A DNA stretch of 64,000 nt from Eledone cirrhosa. Its lineage: Eukaryota. The notes below the pieces were generated by a model. The model saw only the letters and a program-made list of their open reading frames with translations, made no database searches and was not told the DNA's origin. Below are positions 26,797-42,569 of the stretch, in pieces (position 1 is the first letter of the stretch; each line of letters opens with the position of its first letter). Where the stretch lies: NCBI GenBank assembly GCA_964016885.1, contig OZ024741.1:324446001-324510000 (forward strand), written 5' to 3'. A program made the position numbers and the translations under genes.

Positions 26797-29700
26797 GCGT
26801 GATAGTGCCATACACAAATCACCGGTGGTTATGTAACCATACATTCACCAATCCTCGATAAGAGTGTTTAAATGTCGAACCTAAACAGTTCGAATAACGG
26901 TGAAGTGGAGACTAGAATGTCATGTGACAGACTCTCACCCAGCAGGTGCTCCCTGGCTCAGCAGCAGGGACCTGGCTGTCAACCAAATACTGCTGGTGTC
27001 GGAGGAAGAAGAAGAAGGAAAGGGACCAGAACCAACTGGACGAAAGAATTGAATAGAACTGTTATGCAATGTTACCTGAAGAATAACCCCAAGGAGAAAG
27101 GCTATAGGAAACGGATGCATAACATCTGGAACGAGATTGGTCTATTTAAATAAGATGAACAAAAATTGGCCGGGCAGGCTCGGGTAATAAGAACTAATGG
27201 CTGGATAAGCGAGCTGGAACTGGAGGAACTGAGCAGAGAGATTAGGTTGGAAATGGAGAGTGGAGTATGCCAGGCAAACGAGCCAGTGGGAAATGAAGGT
27301 GAAGAGGTTGAGAGAACGGATGAACCATCCGAAGCAGACAATGATCTGAATGCTGAAATAAATAATACCTGGAACAAAGATATGGCCATTGAGGAGATGA
27401 ATGCTGACGGGCTAGGACAAGATTTGGTTGATATCCTAAACTTGGTGGTAGATGAATTGAACAATGATAGTGGGAAACCTATGAACCTAAGATTTGTAGA
27501 CAGGAAAAAATTAAAAGAAACAACAGCTAAGGTAAACAAAGTCCTCCCATACCTTGAGGCGAGCAGCCTTCACCAGTGCAACAATATCCTCAAAGCAACA
27601 GCAAATGTGGTGAGGAAATTACTTGGTATAAAAGCGAGAGTAAACAACAAACAAGAAAGATCAGAGCCTTGGTGGAAGAAATGACTGAATGGTCAAATCT
27701 GGGAAATGAGAAATGACATTGGAAAGCTTGAGTCCCTACTGAATGGGACACTAAAAAACATAGACACTAAAGATAGACTGGAAATAAAGTACAAACCTAG
27801 GAGGAAAAAGCTAAATATTATCATAGAGGAACTGAAGCAACGCATTGTAGCAAAGAGTGAAAAAATTAGGCGATTCGAGAACAGAGTCAGTCAGTATAGA
27901 CAGAACCGCATGTTTGACAACAACCAGGGGATGCTGTTTGGACAGCTTGAAGGGAAAGAAAGAGGCAACGACTTGATCCCTGAGGCGGAACAAACTAAGA
28001 CATTCTGGAGAGGAATATGGGAGCAGGATGTTAAACATAATGACCAGGCAGTGTGGATTGAGACAGTACAAAAGGAGATTAGTGAACAGGCACACCAACA
28101 AACTGATTTGAGTATCACAGTTGAAACTCTTAAGGGGCAGGCCAAAAAACTAACCAACTGGAAATCACCAGGCCCAAATGGTGTGCAGGGGTATTGGATT
28201 AAAACATTTAACATCCTTCCACCCGAAACTGACAACCATGTTCAATGACTGCTTGATGTCAGGTGAGGTACCAGAGTGGTTGACAAAAGGTACCACAGTT
28301 CTGGTAATGAAAGACCGAATCAAGGGTAATGATGTTACCAACTATAGACCGATAACATGTCTGTCCGTAATGTGGAAACTGTTGACAAGCATTATGTCTG
28401 AGGAAATCTACCATCACCTCCAGACAAACAACTTGTTACCGGACGAACAGAAAGGATGCCGAAAGAAGTCCCGTGGTACAAAGGACCAGTTACTTATTGA
28501 TAAGATGGTAATGAGGAATTGCAAGAGGAGACACACTGGTCTTGCCATGGGGTGGATAGACTACAAAAAGGCATTTGACATGGTGCCTCATTCTTGCATC
28601 ACCAAAAGCCTAGAGATCTTCAAGGTGGCAGATAACATCAGACAGTTGTTGGGCAAAAGTATGAAGTCCTGGAAAACAGAGTTAACATCAGCTGGAGAAT
28701 CCTTGGGAGGCGTGAAGATCAAGAGAGGTATCTTCCAGGGAGATAGTCTGTCCCCTCTGTTGTTTGTCCTTGCCCTGATGCCCCTGAACATTATACTGCG
28801 AAATGTGAGAGCAGGATACAAGTTGGGAAAGGGAGAACTTACCATCAATCACCTCCTCTTCATGGACGATCTTAAGCTCTTGGTGAAGAGTGAGAAGGAG
28901 TTGGATGTGCTTGTTGACACTGTCCGTATTTTCAGCAATGATATATGTATGCAATTTGGTATTAGTAAGTGTGGAGTCCTTGTGATTAAGAGGGGGTAAA
29001 TTGAGCAGAAGCAACGGAATCCAGGTACCAACAGGTGAGATGATAAAGGAAATTGACACTGAAGAAGGATACAAGTATTTGGGTGTTCTGGAGGCTGATG
29101 ACATCAAGAACAAAAAAATGAAGGAATTGATAAGATCTGAATACATTCGGAGAGTTAGGAGCGCATTAAAGTCACATCTGAACAGTAGGAATGCCATAAG
29201 TGCAGTAAATTCCCGAGCTGTGTCTATTATTAGGTACAGTGCGGGAATTCTGAGATGGAATGTTGCTGAACAAAAAGAAATGGATAGGAAGACTAGGAAG
29301 CTATTGACTATCTACAACATGTTCCACAAGAGGAGTGATGTCGATAGACTCTACTTAAGGAGATCTGAAGGTGGAAGAGGTCTTATCAGCATAGAGGACT
29401 GTGTTCAGGTGGAGAAAAACAACCTACACAAATACGTGACTGATAGTAAGGAGCCAATGCTCAGAACTGTACTGAAGGAGAAGACAATAGACCAGGGGAT
29501 GCCCAAGGAGGAAATAACAACAAGGAGAAAGAGCAGCCTTCATGAAAAATCCCTTCATAGTACCTTCTTTGAGAAAACTGAATTCAGAGATCCACAGATA
29601 TGGAACTGGTTGAAAAGAGGAGACATTAAAAAGGCTACAGAAGGAATGCTAATGGCTGCGCAAGAGCAGGCCCTCAAAACGAAGTGGTTGAAACACCATA

Positions 29701-30373
29701 TTTACAAGGAGGAGGCTAGCCCACTGTGCAGGATCTGTGGAGATAGAGAGGAGACTGTGGCTCACATTGTATCCGAGTGTAAACACCTAGCCCAGACTCA
29801 CTATAAGGGCTGGAGACATGATGTGATGTGCAGGGTGATCCACTGGCACCTATGCAAAGTAAACAATTTACCACATTCTGAGAAGTGGTATGAGCATAAG
29901 CCAAAGTCGGTGATAGAAAACGATCAGGTGAAGGTGCTGTAGGATTTTAGGATACAGACGGACAAGAAACTGGAACACAATAGACCTGACCTGGTGGTTT
30001 TGGACAAAGAAAAAAGATCGTGCCTGATTGTGGATGTAGCCTGCCCATTCGACACGAGAGTGCAAGAGAAGGAGAGGGAGAAAATTAACTGATACCAGGA
30101 CTTAAAGTGGGAGGTAAAAAGGATTTGGAACTGCCATGAAGTCAAAGTGGTCCCGATTGTCATAGGCGCACTAGGTACTATCTCAAAAAGTTTCCAGGGA
30201 TTGTTAAAGAAAATTGGCCCCGCCACGCTTTTTGGAACGCTTCAAAAGGCATGCTTGCTGGGAACAGCAAGAACCCTCCGATACGTCCTGAATATCTGAG
30301 GCTGCAGGTAGTGACTTGATATTCATTTCAACAAACTTTCCAGTTAACTAACATCAATGACTGAGACTCAAAG
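26797..30373 (+). mobile_element. R4/Dong family A, near full-length but inactivated
   Basis: ORF starts at 26872 (..WTKELNRTVMQCY..GYRKRMHNIW) and ends at 30299. Stops at 27153, 27684, 29942 and ~30092; frameshifts at ~28200 and ~28995. (AAT)n tail to 30400. Confidence 0.9.
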
Positions 30374-30716
30374 AACAATAATAATAATAATAATAATAAT
30401 GATTTTCTTTTATTAGGCACTAGAGCCTGGCGCTCCCTATCCACAAACTGTTTTACCCAGTGAGCTGGACGATTCAATGGGTAAAGGAAAAATTAAAATA
30501 GTACAAGTCGCTTTTCCTATGGTTAATTAGACAGCGCCAATCTGAAGTCGAAAAGTCATCCACTGGCACCAACGTTTCTCCCTATACGGATCCGAATATT
30601 CACATGAGCAGGGACTGCCCCAACTCGAACCCTCCAACTTCAACTTAAAAAATGTAAAGGGAACAAGTGAACACGGGAAAGTATAAAGAAGTAATAGGCG
30701 CTTATCACTATACATT

Positions 30717-30867
30717 AAGGCGGCGAATTCGCAGAGCCGTTAGAACGTCGGATAGAATGCTTTAGTGTATTCGTTCCGGCTCTCTGCTCTCGGAGTTCAA
30801 ATCCCGCCGTAGTCAACTTTGCCTTTCATCCTTTCGAGGGCGATAAAACAAAGTACCAGTTTAGTTC
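30717..30867 (+). mobile_element. tRNA-like SINE (3'-truncated)
   Basis: AAGGCGGCGAATTCGCAGAG..GAGTTCAAATCCCGCCG..GCCTTTCATCC..AAAGTACCAG. Confidence 0.75.
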
Positions 30868-30929
30868 TTGTGTCGATTCTTATCTATATCTCTTTCTCAT
30901 TTCCTCTCTCTCACTTTCTATCTTTCTCT

Positions 30930-33900
30930 GGAAGAAATCTGCTGTAATCAGGTCTGGAGACGAATGGGCTTCACCAGGTTTAAAATGCCCAAGGAACGCC
31001 GTATGTTAATATGGCGCCCCTTACAACTCAGGTGTTACGGGACCATGCATACATATTATGCATTAAGTAAGCTAAAACAGACACACCATAAGCTCTTAAA
31101 AAATATGGAGAACACAAAGTCAAGATAGCAAGTTAACAAATGTAAGGAGAGATAGCTTCAGAAATTATAGACTCAGACACGGAATTAATTGCAATCAGGC
31201 ATGCAGTGGAAAATAACCAAGATATAAGATAGGAAGGAAATGAAGAATTAGATAAAAAGCGTAACCAGCCATAACTATTAATTGGAAGGTTATTTGATCA
31301 AATCAGACAAATGATTGAAGAAGTAAGAAATTCTAATGAACCTCTTAAAATAACCGGGAAATTGGGATAGAAAGAGAATTTTAAGACCAAGTATTTACTG
31401 AAGAACACAGAGAGTCTATTATGGAAGTGGAGCAGAAAATTCTGAATGAACTAGCATTTGTAAGACATAGAAGTAGGAATGATAGTGAACTACTTCAAAT
31501 ACTCTCAAATACAAACCAAAATATAAAACAAATAAAAATAGCCAAATATACAGCAAAATAAATCATACAAGATTTAGAATCTGATCTTACTGAGTTAAAT
31601 AAAATTATTGGCGTATCCCCGAGGGTCATTGAAACAAGGTGTATGCCTACGCAAAAACAAAGTAAGTCAAACACAAGAAGAAAGTAACAATTGAAAAGGA
31701 GATTGAAATAACGAGAGGTAAAATATCAATATTAGATGAACTAATCTATGGAAATAATGTAAGATAAAGAAGCGGAAGAAAGTGCGAGAGAAAATACGGA
31801 TTCTTACAGACGAAGAGCTGATATCAACAAAGAAAATACTGAAACAAAGTGCCCATGTAAGAACTCAACGAATACGAAGATTTGAGAAGAGAAACATTTT
31901 TTACAAACAAAAAATGTTCACATCTAATGTCAAATTATTTTACAGAGAAATGGGGAAGAAGAAAATAACAATTGAAGTCCTTTCCTTCCTTGGAAGAAAT
32001 AAAAAAGAAATTTGGAAAAGGTTTAGAGTGATAAGAAGATATACACTAAAAATGTAGATTTGATTAGATGCACAGAAGAATCCTACATACATTCGCATGA
32101 ACAAGTATGGGAAGAAATATCAATAGCAGACCTAAGAAAGGCTCATACGTGGAAATCTCCTGGTAAAGATAAAATGTCAAATGTATGGCTTTCATCGCTC
32201 TCGAGTGCACACATAATGTTAGTAAAGCTGTTCAATGAAATTATGAAAGATCATGAAAAAATACCTGAGTGGATAGCGAGAGGTATTTCTCGCTACCAAA
32301 GAAACATGAAATGAAAAATACAAAACAGTATCGGCCCATAAACTTTTCATCTACCACTTATAAGGTTTTACTATCTATTCTAATGGATAAAACATACACA
32401 TTCATGGCCGAGAACAATCTTTTCCCCAAAGAACAACATGAGTGCAAACGAGGTTCATACGGATGTACAGATCAACTCTTAAATAATCGTATGATTTTTG
32501 AGAACTGTCAAGTCAAGCGCAGAAATCTAAATTCCGCGTGGATTAATTTCAAAAATGCTTTTGACAACATTCCACATGCATGGATTCTGAAATCGTAGGG
32601 CATCTTCAAATTTCACCTGTAATTTCAGAGCCTCTGAAATATATGTCATTGAAGGACATGAATCTCAAATTATAACATTCCAATGAAGTACTAAGTTCAA
32701 ACAGTACTAACATCGACTGTGGTATTTTCTAAGGTGACTCACTTTCATCTCTAATACATTGCAGAGCTCGAATATACCCTACAATCGAAATTAACAGAAC
32801 AACTTTCGTTTATATAATTGACAACAGGATATTAAGCCATCTATTTTATATGGATGGCAAAGACAATGATGAGCTTGATGGCCTTTTATGTACTGTGAAT
32901 GCATTCAGTGATGACGTCGAGATGAAGTTTGGCGTTCATAAGTGTACCAAGGCCAATGTCAAGAGTGGGAATTGATAAACTCAAATCCAGTGGAACTGGA
33001 TGTTGAAACAGTTATAAAAGAGCTTGAGCAGGACCAAACCTATAAATACCTAAGTATAAAATAAGGTTCCTGAATTCCGCATGCAAGCATGAAAGAGGAG
33101 ATAAGGAAGGAATGCACTAGAAGAGTACAGGCGCTCCTGAAATCTGAGCTAAATGCACGTAACAAAGTGTTAGCCATGAATTCCTTAGTAATTCCAGTTG
33201 TTTGTCATATCTTCAATGTGTTGAACTGAAATATCAGTGAAATAAAGAGAATTGAAACAAGAATTCATAAATTGCTAACTTGTAATAAGATCAACTCTTA
33301 ATTAATCATATGGCCACACAAATACAGAAGTGCATTGTATTTACCTTCCCAGAACTGATGAAGGCAGAGGCTTGACCCAGTTTGAAGTGTCTTAAAAAAA
33401 CACCAAAATTAGACAGGCCAAATATCTTGAAGCAACAAACAATTGGATGTTGAAACTCGTTGAAAAGCGCGAGATGAGTAAAAAGCTTCATTCGATCTTG
33501 AAATAGGGCAGAACAATTGCTACTGACCGCATGACTAATATCGAACCTGGACAGATCGAGGGAAGTAAAATTAATGGCTAAAAGAAAAGGGCATGAACAA
33601 GTAACCTCGATTTGAGAGCAGAAATCTCTGCATATCAAATATGTGGTCTGTAAAAAAGAAGCTGATGTTGACCAGAAGCATACCAATAAGAGGCTGCATA
33701 GCACAGGGTTAAAGACAGAAAGTAAAGGCTCTATCTTAGCTGCCGTAACTGAGGAGGGAAATGTAACGATGTCTAGGACTTTCCTATACATACAGACAGA
33801 ACCATCAAAGCTAACAAACCGGATATTATTGTTAAAAAAACAACAAAAAACAACAACAATAACAAACAAAATAAACAAGTCTATTTTTTGGTTGATATGA

Positions 33901-34092
33901 CCATCCTATGGAATCACATTATTGCGGTAAAAGAATTTGACAAGCTCAGAAAATATAATGACTTTCAAATTGAAATCGAAAAATGCGGCATCTCATGGTG
34001 GTTACAATATAAGTGATTGTAGGAGCACTAGGAGTGATAAAAAAAAAAGGAACAGAAAATTATATTGCAATGATCCCTGGTTTACTATCACT
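30930..34092 (+). mobile_element. Old degenerate R4/Dong element (family C), near full length
   Basis: RIRRFEKR, WKSPGKD, YRPI, CKRGSYGCTDQLL, AWINFKNAFD, GLKTESKG and RPD-like remnants, with many stops. Confidence 0.82.
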
Positions 34093-34495
34093 GGCACAAG
34101 GCCAGCAATTTTGGGGAAGGGGAAAGTCGATTAAATCTACCCCAGTTCATTACTGGTACTTTATTTTATCAACCCCGTAAGGATGAAAGGCAAAACTTAA
34201 CCTTGGCGGGATTTGAACTTAGAACGTAAACGGTCATCACTTTGCCATGAAGCATGTTGTCCGACGCTCTACCGATACGGCTAGCCCACCTCCTTAATAA
34301 TAATTGTTTCTACTTTTTGGCACAAGGCCAGCAATTATTCCAGTGTATTACTGGTACTTTATGTTATCGACCCCGTAAGGATGAAAGGCAAAGTTAACTT
34401 CGGCGGGATTTGAACTCAGTCCGTAAAGGGAAGTAACTCTTTGCTGCAAAGCATGGCGTCCGACCCTCTACCGATACTGCCAATCCACCGCCACC
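34092..34495 (-). mobile_element. Two head-to-tail tRNA-like SINEs
   Basis: Reverse complements of the 6870 SINE at ~34092-34293 and ~34300-34495, joined by a short AAT run. Confidence 0.8.
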
Positions 34496-34515
34496 CTAAT
34501 AGTAATAATAATAAT

Positions 34516-34732
34516 GGTTCAGTTATTCGCCACAAGGGCCGACATATAGGGGACAATGCAAATACAGGGACAGTGAGAATTTACGATAAAATCGAGTAAA
34601 AATACACAATAGCAAAAACAATTAACAATGAAAATATATAAAAATATAAAATATATAAAAAAATATGAAATGAATTCCTCAAGGGAGGAGGGAGAACCAC
34701 CCCGTGGCGACTCAAGTACCCCACCAATACTG
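34516..34732 (-). mobile_element. Tx1-like 3' UTR fragment
   Basis: Sense end CCCTTGTGGCGAATAACTGAACC-(ATT)n; similar to 47951-48135 and the 19448 tail. Confidence 0.6.
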
Positions 34733-34739
34733 AAATAAT

Positions 34740-35683
34740 GATAATGGTTGCAGAATATTTGGTAAACAGTGACAAATAGTTTTTGCAATATGCAGCAGAA
34801 AATATGGGTATAAATATAGTAGAAATTGTTGGAAAGGAAGAGTTTAACCAAAGTGCTGAAGAGAAAAGTAAAGATCTAGGAATGAGAAGGCATGGCCAAG
34901 TTGCAAAGATATACACAGGATATCAAGGATAAAACAACATCGTAGACATGGCTTAAGCAAAGTGATTTGAAACGTTCCACCGAAAGAGGCCTTATAGCTG
35001 CAGCTCAAGTCCAAGCTCTTGCTACCAATTCGGTGATGTATAACACCTACAACACTTCTGACACACAGAAATGCAGGTTCTGTGGAAAGAATTTGGAAAA
35101 TGTAACCTCTTTGGTAAGTGGATGTGAGAGCCTTTCGCAAAAAAAATACAAGCGCCACCATTGACTGTTGTGTCTTAAATACCAATACGAAATAATAGAG
35201 AATTGGATCGAGCATATGCCTTCTAAAGTAATTCAGGAGGACGAAAAAGCAATGATATTCTGGTATTATGATTTTCAAACTAATAGATAATTGAGCATCG
35301 CTGACCGGATATTGTCGTATTGAACAAGAAAAACAAATACTATCAGATCATCGACATGACCATACCAAATGACATGAATATTGTGAGTGAGGAGATTGCA
35401 AAAATCAGCAAATATTCTGAATTGAAAGTGGAGCTGGCAAGATTATTTGGAGTACAAGAATGTAATGTGAACATGATACCAGTTGTGATCAGTGCATTAG
35501 GGTCATTCCCATTGAAACTTCAAAACTTCTTAAAGTGACTAGAAATACCATATAGGTTAGGTGTCATACAAAAGGCGGCTTTGCTAGGAAATTTTGCATA
35601 TTTTGAGGAAAGTAGTATGTCTAAGGTCCATGTTGCGACTCGACAGATGAATAAATATCCCATCTGCACTGCGTGACGGAGCG
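34740..35683 (+). mobile_element. Degenerate R4/Dong 3' fragment (family D)
   Basis: LKRSTERGLIAAAQVQAL, CRFCGKNLENVTSLVSGC, IIDMTIPND..KISKYSELK, IPVVISALG; AAT tail. Confidence 0.82.
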
Positions 35684-35695
35684 ATAATAATAATA

Positions 35696-36500
35696 AAAAA
35701 TGGCAAGAAAAGCCTCTGTATGCAAATTAACCAGACTGAAATCGGAGACTGAGGGGCTGATTATCAGCACAAGATCAGTGTCTGCAAGCAAAAAATCATC
35801 AAGCCAACATCATAAAAATTGGATACAACCCATTATGCCGTGTATGTAAAAAAACAACGAGAGACCATTGATCATATAATCTCCATGTGCAGTCCTATAG
35901 CTCCGACCGAATACCTAAACATGCACGACAGAGCAGTACAATACATACATTGGGTAATATGTAAACATTTTGACCTGTCCCATTAAAAGGATTAGTGAGA
36001 GTATCAACCACCTTCCGTACTTGAAAAAGATCACATCTCAATTTTGTGGTACTTTAGCATCCAAATAGACCGAAAAATAGAAGAGGGTGAGCTTGCTAAT
36101 TGACATGACCGTTCTTACAGACAAGAATGTATCTATAAAAACATTTGAAAAATTGAGCAAGTATAAGGACCTGGAGATAGAAATTTGAAAAATGTGGAAG
36201 TTGAGAACTAAAACAATACCAGTGGTTGTAGGCGTTCTAGGAATGATACTTAATGATTACTTATCCCAAATCCCAGGAAACCCGCGTATAGAAGAAATAC
36301 AAAAGATAGTACTAATGGTAACTGCCCATATACTAATGAAGATTCTGTCAATATAAATACATGACAAGTGTAAATACCTAAAGATGCACGTGTGTCTGTA
36401 TGTGTTTTTTCCTGAACATGGTGGATTTTATTGTCTCTTGAGGTCACTGGTTGTGACTTGGAGATAATTCGTATGACCATAAAGCAAGATAAATGAAAAC
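35696..36500 (+). mobile_element. Diverged R4/Dong family B 3' copy with internal deletions
   Basis: Aligns by eye to ~18480-19390. Confidence 0.85.
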
Positions 36501-36510
36501 AGAAAATAAT

Positions 36511-37020
36511 GATTTGTTTATTATCCACACAAGGCTCACATTAAGGAAACATTAAAGATGTTACAGGACGATATAGTGTGGGTTTTTGTTTGTGTAAAAT
36601 AAAATTTATAAAAGAGACTAAGAAAATAAACATTTAAAACAAACATAACAACTTCCCCAAAGTTGAGGAGACTCTAGGTGTCACTTGTGTAGAAATTCCA
36701 CAAAAGCCACGGTCACCCGGTCCGCTAGGGGGGCAAAGTGTCCTCTCCCAGTCTTTCTACCCCAATCTACAGACGTATGCTCAAGACAGGCCTATTTACA
36801 CGAATCATGCTTGCTACACTCACTCACTTTTTAACAAATTGGTTGGTTCAAGTGAAATCTGAAGAAGTTAATCAGGGTTTCGCCAAAGAGGAAGATGGCT
36901 GCCTTCAACCCTTTCAATCGCGTCCCCCACACAACCTCATTTGCCATGGCCACCAGGCAAATAATAACTGTCTATCCTTCCCCTTTAAGATATTCTCTTC
37001 TCTGAGAAGGCAAATCCTCT
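36511..37020 (-). mobile_element. Tx1-like 3' fragment
   Basis: Matches 19448-19970 (ORF2 C-terminus and 3' UTR). Confidence 0.78.
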
Positions 37021-37119
37021 AGAGGAAATCTCAAATATTACTAAAAACCACAATAATTCAGCTCTCACAGAGAAAAACTAGGAGTTTAACGTATATATTT
37101 ATTTAATCAATTCAAACTA

Positions 37120-37295
37120 TCGGTAGAAGGCCGGACACCATGCTTAGCAGTATAGAGTTACGCCCCTTTATAGTCTGAGTTCAAATCTCGCCGAGGTTCA
37201 CTTTACCTTTCATCCTCACAGGGTCGATAAAATAAAGTACCAGTAATGAACTGGGATAATTGGTGGCCTTGTGTCAAAAGTAGAAACAATTATTA
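37120..37295 (+). mobile_element. tRNA-like SINE (further degenerate copies at ~37960-38110 and 38119-38322)
   Basis: Same body and GGCCTTGTGTCAAAAGTAGAAAC-AATTATT tail as the 6870 SINE. Confidence 0.8.
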
Positions 37296-37368
37296 TAATT
37301 AAAAATAGAATGAAAGAGAAAGAGTGAGAGAGAGAGAGGGAGAGAGCGAGAAAGAGAGCAAGAGAGAG

Positions 37369-37479
<111 letters not shown>

Positions 37480-38662
37480 GAGTGAGTAAAACCTTGAATC
37501 TGCATTGATGTGTTCATATGTAGTAGAAAGACCAGATCATGAAATAATGTTTTTCAGCTTAGCAGATGAAATCAAATTGAAATGGAAAGGTTTTCTTCCA
37601 CAATTCACTCGAGTCTCTATTTTCAAAATAAGAAAAAAAATGGTGCTATATTGACGATTCTTCACGAATTTGCCATCTCAAATAGCAATAAAAAACGGCA
37701 TTTCTCAGCCAATGAAAGAGCAATATAATTGATATATAGGTGACAGCAGCTTCTCACAGCAACATAATGCACGTAAACTTAGCAGAATAAGACGTAGCCA
37801 TCTGTTTAAATAATAGAGCATCTGCGTGGTTTTTCAACGTGGTAGAAACAGCCGCTAAATCTGTCTCAAATTACACTATACCGTGTTAAAAACGAGAACA
37901 CGTTAGATATTTTGTACTTAGATCTTCGGAGAAAATGCATTGCGGCAGTAAACAATGGCTCTTTACATACTGAGTTCAAAATTCACTATGGTCAACTTTG
38001 CCTTTAATCGTACGAGATCGATAAAATAAAGTTCAAGTTAAGAACTGGACACAATATAATCAAATTTCTCAAAATCTAAATTTGCTCAAGTGCCGAAATT
38101 AGAAATTGTTATAATAAAGGCAATAAGTCATTAGAATCTATAGAGCGTTGGATAAATGTTTCACAATATTTTGTTCCGGCTTTCTGCATTTTGGGCTCAA
38201 ATACCACAGAGTGCAACTTTGCCCTTTATCCTTCCAAGATAGATAAAACGAAGTGCCAGTAAATATAATAGACTTTCCTCTTCTTCACAAAATTGCCAGC
38301 CTTATGCCTAAATTAGAAAGCATTCCTTGATATATTGTTCCTCAAAATGGCAGAAACACATTTATGACGGCTGGAAAATTTAGCTATATATCTGCCCAAT
38401 TAGGACTAACCAATAAATTAAAAACAGCCATGATAGACCTATGTAATTATACAATATGTTAAATATCGTAACTGCATTTTAATCAAGTCACACTCGGCTA
38501 TCTCAAGCAGGAATGAACACATTCATTAATGTAGTACTGATACGAGAATGCTCTTGATTGGCACAAGATAAACTAGTGAGGTGACCAATTTTGTAAGAGG
38601 GTTCATTTTGTTGACACATAAGAGATATTTCTTCACACAAAAGTGATTGTTGGTGAGACTAG

Positions 38663-38779
<117 letters not shown>

Positions 38780-38858
38780 GTGTTTGTGTGTGTGTATTTG
38801 TGTGCGTGTGTAATTACTTAATTAGAAGACGAAGCTAGTTGAATAGAGTGTACATAAC

Positions 38859-38889
<31 letters not shown>

Positions 38890-39066
38890 ATGTGTGTTCA
38901 GAAGAGATTTTTTTGGATAAAAACAGGAGTAAGCAGGATATCGGATATTGGCTATCATCTGCGGATACCGCTCTCATAACAACACCAAATGCATGAAGGA
39001 CATGGATAAACGTGGAAATAATTATAATGATTAAATGATATATGTAACCTCAGCATCTTATTTTGT

Positions 39067-39197
<131 letters not shown>

Positions 39198-39359
39198 TTA
39201 ATCCAGCCGTTTGGCGAAAAGTTTGTTACATACATACGGCCGTCAGCTTTATAATATATATATATATATATATATACGTTATTCCGGGTTGAATCGGAGG
39301 TAACCACAGTAAGTAAGGTATTCAATACATTGCAGAGTATAAAAGTTTTAAGAATCTCA

Positions 39360-40462
<1,103 letters not shown>

Positions 40463-40828
40463 TATACATATATGGGTGTGTGTATACATATACAGTATAT
40501 ATATATATAGTATACATATATGCATGGTAATGCACTGATAAGAAATAAAAAAAACATTGGCAAACGTGGTTTGCCAAGCAGATCTAATTTAAAGTGGTTA
40601 GTATTGAAAATTATTTATTCGTCTTCGTGTTATCAATTCTACCAGCGAATTATTTGCATTGTTTGAACACAAAATGCTTCCAGGTTTTAAAGAATATATA
40701 TAATATAACTGTCATCGGAGATATCGAGAGACGGAGATCAGTAACCCTCATAAATGTGTATGCGTGTGCCTTTGATGGTATGTATGTATGTATGTATGTA
40801 TGTATGTATGTATGTATGTATGTATGTA

Positions 40829-40859
<31 letters not shown>

Positions 40860-41058
40860 ATGTATGTATGTATGTATGTGTATACATGTGCCTGCGTGTG
40901 AGTGTATATGAACCTGTGTGTGTGTGCGTGATGTTTGCAATCAATTCACGTTCACTCCAATGTCAATGTGAGGAGAATTTATGGACTTTATGCATATCTA
41001 TGTATGTGTATGTGTGTTTGTGTGTGTGTATGTATGTGTATATATACATACATACATA

Positions 41059-41090
<32 letters not shown>

Positions 41091-41093
41091 CAT

Positions 41094-41131
<38 letters not shown>

Positions 41132-41747
41132 TATACGTATATGCTTCGTGTTAGGTAGTCAAATTATGCTATGCAGCCAACTCTTTCAATGCTTACTTTG
41201 CATCCTTTTTAAATAGCTTTGAAAATTGGTTCACATAATAACCTCCCATTTCCAAAGCAATTTGATGTAATGCTATTTCTTACTGTTCTTACTTTGACTC
41301 ACTTTTTTGTATTTATTTATTGATATATATATATATGTATAAATAAAATCCATATCTATCTTTTTCTCTCCCAGGCTCATATCTACATACCTGTATACCT
41401 AACCTTTTGTTGAAAAACATTGTTTTTTATATCATTTTAAGATTATTTGACAATTTTGTCGACTTTTTGTTTCTTTTTTTATGCAAATATATATATATCC
41501 TAAACGAACGGTAGTCCGTTTAGTAATATTGTTGTGGTCGTGTTTTCGTTGGCAATCGTCTGTTTACGACAGTACAGCGCGGCTCTACTTTATTTAACTG
41601 AGATAAAACTTATATGAGCATGAACAGTAGATCATTACGCATCTTTTGGCTTAAAAATCTAGAAATTTGGTCCAGCGGGAAAAAGTTTATAATCAAAGTT
41701 TGCTGATAAATCGTGTGTTCAAGTGAGTGAGTAGTAAGCGTGACGCT

Positions 41748-41875
41748 AGGGGAGGTAATCCAGAAATGACGAATTTTTTCGGCGGAACTCTTGTGATTGT
41801 GATTACGTTAGTCAAATGTAGTCAAATCGCCGAATCCCCTCCTCCTAATTGACTACGTCATTTCTGAACGGCCCT
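41748..41875. mobile_element. MITE-like element
   Basis: CAGAAATGACG (41761-41771) and CGTCATTTCTG (41856-41866) inside AGGG..CCCT ends. Confidence 0.45.
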
Positions 41876-42569
41876 ACTTGCGTCAGTGTGAAACATTACT
41901 TCACTTTTCACTGCTAAAATGCTTTTTAAATACTTCGTTAAAAATTTATGTTTATTATCAAAGCTATTTTTTGTACCAATCTATCAATAGTTTGCGAAAA
42001 TATAGGTAAACATGTGAGTTAATTTATTTTTAATCGCATCGATCGCTTTGTCGCACCGACTGTGACACTGTCTGACTGTCTGTCTGACTGACACCTTTGT
42101 CGGACCGATACCTTTGTTCAAGCGGACAACTTTGTGTCACTGACACCTTTGTTCGTGCCGGCTTCTCTGCGAAACACCGATGACAACAACCAGACCAAAA
42201 TTTCACTTCATTCTTCATTCTTCTTCAAGACCGATCGCCGACCGATCGTATCGGTTGCTCTTCATATACCAGGTATTCAACAGATAGTTTGCACTTCTAG
42301 TATTATTAACAGTCGTGCGATTTTTTGTACCGATAGGTGCGAATAGTGCGCTATATTTTTGTACCGATAGGTGCGAATAGTGCGATAGGTGCGAATAGTG
42401 TACAATATTTTCTGAGATTTGCATCCACTAATTTCGCTTAATTAAAAATGATGTTTCGCGGCTTTTTGATCGGCTTATTCATTTTTTCCATGGCACGGAA
42501 ATGGAGTATTTCCATTTCGAATCAAAACTTTTCACTAAAATCGGGCAATTGGACTGATCAAATTCACAT

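Noticed and set aside
26797-26875. HDV-like ribozyme at the R4 family A 5' end (TCCTCG resembles an L3 loop)
   Set aside because: I could not build convincing P1, P3 or P1.1 pairings by eye; needs a descriptor search on the consensus.
27682-27684. In-frame TGA as possible selenocysteine or read-through codon
   Set aside because: The sister copy has CGA here (CpG decay), and this copy also has TAA, TAG and frameshifts.
42320-42400. CRISPR-like repeats (CGATAGGTGCGAATAGTG x3); also the SINE array with spacers
   Set aside because: No unique regular spacers, no cas genes, and a eukaryotic context.
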